The notes under the pieces are model-generated. The model worked only from the letters and a program-made list of their open reading frames with translations, searched no databases and was not told where the DNA came from. A program made the position numbers and the translations under genes. A stretch of DNA of 63,902 bases, the filler included, from Octopus bimaculoides (Eukaryota): NCBI RefSeq assembly GCF_001194135.2. It is 6 parts of 5 records of this genome, joined end to end, with 100 filler letters (N's around TTAATTAATTAA, not from the genome) between each part and the next. Parts side by side here need not be neighbours in the genome. Positions count along the whole stretch, not along the records: positions 60,514 to 62,593 come from NC_069003.1; positions 62,694 to 63,902 come from NW_026384528.1; 4 more parts are not named here. One strand, written 5' to 3'. How positions within the stretch are numbered: the stretch's first letter is position 1; the number at the start of each line of letters is the position of its first letter. This document shows, in pieces, positions 60,414 through 63,902 of this stretch.

Positions 60414-60513
60414 NNNNNNNNNNNNNNNNNNNNNNNNNNNNNNNNNNNNNNNNNNNNTTAATTAATTAANNNNNNNNNNNNNNNNNNNNNNNNNNNNNNN
60501 NNNNNNNNNNNNN
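60414..60513. other. Artificial scaffold spacer N44-TTAATTAATTAA-N44
   Basis: Same 100-bp pattern. Confidence 0.95.
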
Positions 60514-61157
60514 ATATATTTGCACACTAACATACACACACAGACACACACACACAACATTGTGTTATGTGTATAAAACTTCTGCACACAGTGATGGATA
60601 TGTCATGTAAACATGGTATGCAAACCAACTCTGACCATTTGGACAATGTTGACAACAAAAGGTGACCATTTTTTGTCTTCTGTTTGCCTGTTTGTTGTTA
60701 TAGTATCATTTTTGTTGTTGTTGTTTTTATTTTTCCTTTTTAAAAGGGAATTGTTATTATTTACCCACTTCGTTAGCCATGATCAAGTAAATCTAGGATT
60801 TGAACGCATTGCTAGTCTTCCTTTTTGCAGGTCTGTACAACTAATTGCATTAATGTCATGTCATAATTTTAAGGATGTTTCACTGCTGTTTCTAGCAGTT
60901 TGAGCTACCATATAGGGGCTCTCTCAGCCTGGTGAAGAGGAACTTGACTGTTACAGTATGTATAGAACACACACACACGCACACACACACTAACCCATGA
61001 AAGGACACACATATCTATACACAGTTCTCTACATGTTGATGAGTATTATTTATTATATGTATATATATTATATATACATATAAATCTGTATGTTTATACA
61101 TAAGTGCATGCATATTATATATATAAATATGTATGTGTTTATGTGTAAACTATATAT

Positions 61158-61197
<40 letters not shown>

Positions 61198-61279
61198 CCT
61201 GGTGCAGCCTTCTGGCTTGCCAGTCCACAGTCAAATCATCCAACCCATGCTAGCATGGAAAGCGGACGTTAAATGATGA

Positions 61280-61319
<40 letters not shown>

Positions 61320-61398
61320 TTCGAACTTACCAGTGTGGTCAAACCATCCAACCCATGCCAGCATGGACAATGGACATTAAATGATGATGGTGATATCG

Positions 61399-61440
<42 letters not shown>

Positions 61441-61814
61441 ATGCATGTATAAACATGTGCAATTATAAGTAAACGCAGGCATACATGTATACAGACAGGC
61501 ATGGAATCATTACTCTTAACATTTTGCTTGTTCAAGGTTGTAGATTGGGACAGCACCATCAAATTGAAGAGCACTCACAGAGAATCTCTAACTCCTGGCC
61601 CTCGAGTCATATAAAATCAAGATTCCTGTAATAAACTGATATTCTACCAACTTGGTTTAGAAGTTCTCTTGGCAGTCACAAAAATCGTGAGTTTGATCCT
61701 ACCACATAGCATCTTGGGCAAGTCTTTTTTTACCATGTAGCCTTATGTTGCTCCAAGCTGTGTGAGTGAAACTGGGTAGACAGTAAGTTCTGCATCCTTA
61801 ATAACAGTCTGCCA

Positions 61815-61951
61815 GCTGGGGTCTTGTTAAATTTCTTCCAACCATTTGAAGTTTTCAAATTTTTTTTTTTAATGCAGTTAAAGAGATTTCAAGAACTTTA
61901 AAGTTGTGTGATTTTCAGTGGTTGGAAGAAATTTATCAAAGATCCACCAGC
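61815..61951. mobile_element. Small MITE-like foldback element
   Basis: Imperfect roughly 36-bp terminal inverted repeats with a perfect 17-bp core TAAATTTCTTCCAACCA (61828-61844) / TGGTTGGAAGAAATTTA (61919-61935). Confidence 0.6.
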
Positions 61952-62227
61952 ATTGAGGATCTGCATATCATTGGAATACTCGGCTACTTTACACTACATG
62001 TTAGAGAGTAGACCAGTCATTGTCAAACTGTGGCCCATGGGGCTTTTTGAATGACACACCAATGAAAAATTACCTTGAATTTTTTTTAGTAGTGTCACCT
62101 GCCTGTTGATGAGCCATGTCTCATGTGGCCTGCTTCTCACCAAAGGTTACCTGTGTCTGGAATAGATCATTTGATCAAACAGCTGGAATATTAATTGTCA
62201 AAACCAAAGAAGTTCCATTTACTAGTA

Positions 62228-62271
<44 letters not shown>

Positions 62272-62593
62272 TCAGTCACACGTCTTCTATATTTTCTATA
62301 TTAATGTAAATAAGTCTTCCTTACTCTTTATTCCATACTCTGTTGCCATAGCAAAATTATTTTGCCCCAAATTCATTGATGAATATTTCCTAAATATTCC
62401 CATTTCGCCCACTCTGCATGCTACTGCCACTCCTTACTCCATATTTCTTCAGTTAGAAGGAAGTGAAGGGTCACTCACATTAATAAATTCTCTTTCCTAT
62501 TTTCAACATCTGACAATCAGTTCATTCTGCTTTAATTAGTCCATTAAACGAGGGTATCAACTGAAAGAATAATATTTCTAGAGAAACCTCTAC

Positions 62594-62693
62594 NNNNNNN
62601 NNNNNNNNNNNNNNNNNNNNNNNNNNNNNNNNNNNNNTTAATTAATTAANNNNNNNNNNNNNNNNNNNNNNNNNNNNNNNNNNNNNNNNNNNN
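62594..62693. other. Artificial scaffold spacer N44-TTAATTAATTAA-N44
   Basis: Same 100-bp pattern. Confidence 0.95.
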
Positions 62694-63530
62694 TCTTCCG
62701 AACTTTCCAGGAATCCTTTCCTCGGAACTTCCAAGGAAGTAGTTAATCCTCGGAAATTCCAGGTAGATCTTGGAACTTTCCAGGAAAACCTCGGACCTCT
62801 TCAGGAAGTCCTCGGAATTTTCCAGGACGTTACTTCGGAACTTCCCAGAAAGTATTTATCCCCCTCGTCGGAACTTTCCATGAAGTTCCACCCCTTGGGA
62901 CTTTCCAGGAAGAACCACCTCCAAGGAGTAATTCTTCCCCTTTCTCCCCTTCCTTGGAAGTTTCTACAAATTAATTCGTTACCCAATGCAATTCGTCGCC
63001 CTCCTCCCCTTCCTTGGGACTTTCCATGAAGTAATTCCTCCCAACCTCGGAATTTTCCCGATAGTAATTCACCCCTCATCGCAACTTTCCATGACGTACC
63101 ATTCTCGGAAGTTTCCATGAAGTAGCTCGTCCTCGGAACTTTCCAGGTGATCCTTGTAACTTTCCTGGAAGTCCCATTCTCGAAACTTTCCTGGTACTCC
63201 TCTTCATTGGAACTTTCTAGGAAGTATTTCCTCCCCTCCTCGGAATTTTCTAGGAAGTACTACCCTCGGAACTTTCCAAGAAGAAGCTCGTCCTCAGGAC
63301 TTTCCAAGAAGTCGCATCCTCGGAAATTTCCAGGACGTATCCCCCTCTTCGGAACTTACCTTGCCTACTTCCTCCCCTCCTTCCCTTCCTTGGAAATTTC
63401 GAGGAAGTAATTATCCCCTTCCGCTCAGAACTTTCGAGGAAGTAATTCCTCCCTTCCTCCCCTTCCTTGGAACTTTACACGAAGTAATTGGCACCCCCTC
63501 CTTGGAACTTTCCAGCAAGTAATTTGCACC
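62694..63530. repeat. Degenerate minisatellite with core CGGAACTTTCCAGGAAGT
   Basis: About 27 cores by eye, spaced roughly 20-45 bp by C/T-rich linkers; it begins at a scaffold end, so it may be longer. Confidence 0.92.
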
Positions 63531-63902
63531 CCCTTGCGTTCCAATCTATGTACCCGTCTCCACAAGTGTGCCATTTTTCACGCGAATCCACCAAGCCGTT
63601 TGGTCGTGAACCTCGATTCCGGAAAGAATACAACAGTCTCCCATGTTCAATTAATATCATATATATATATATATATATATAATCAAAAGATTAAGTGTGG
63701 TACTTAAAATGTTTGAGGCACCAGAATTTGGTAGGGTAAAAACCAAAAACAAAATCATGACATTTGGTGAATAAAATTTGAAGAAAAGCAACAAAAATCC
63801 AATAGGTTATAGCAATACGTACGTTTCGTACAAACTTCATTTATTCATGTAGTGAGGAGTACATTTTCATTGCACATTTTATGTAGTGTTCTCACTACAT
63901 GA

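Noticed and set aside
1-63902. Prokaryotic operon, defence system or CRISPR array
   Set aside because: Spliceosomal exon, SINEs, LINEs and microsatellites show this is animal DNA. There is no repeat-spacer array and no cas-like ORF.

Overview
This is AT-rich animal genomic DNA, not prokaryotic. The SINE/LINE families and dense (CA)n/(TA)n tracts point to an Octopus genome. It is a draft assembly with many N gaps and five identical 100-bp spacers (N44-TTAATTAATTAA-N44), so it is at least six joined scaffolds. Only one host coding exon is firmly identifiable: a 228-nt minus-strand exon (15801-16028) of the Rabin8/GRAB (RAB3IP/RAB3IL1, Sec2-family Rab GEF) orthologue. Most of 1-38 kb looks like CpG-depleted, transposon-filled intron. 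It holds four decayed RTE LINEs, one near full-length HERO-type RLE non-LTR element with terminal direct repeats, three Penelope-like elements, six Tc1/mariner-superfamily elements (one maT/DD37D copy with perfect TIRs) and many SINEs. The 38.5-60.4 kb stretch is CpG-rich, microsatellite-dense and has no identifiable gene. The window ends in a GGAA/TTCC minisatellite. Nearly all ORFs in the supplied track are transposon debris, microsatellite translations or N runs. I found no convincing novel multi-gene system. The best leads are a candidate 99-nt cassette exon, an intragenic CpG-retaining island with a possible alternative first exon, the HERO terminal repeats, three long near-perfect hairpins (one with a hammerhead ribozyme fold), a splice-acceptor-bearing DD41D transposon, and a minisatellite packed with kB/STAT/ETS-like motifs. 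TE boundaries are approximate unless TIRs or TSDs are quoted.
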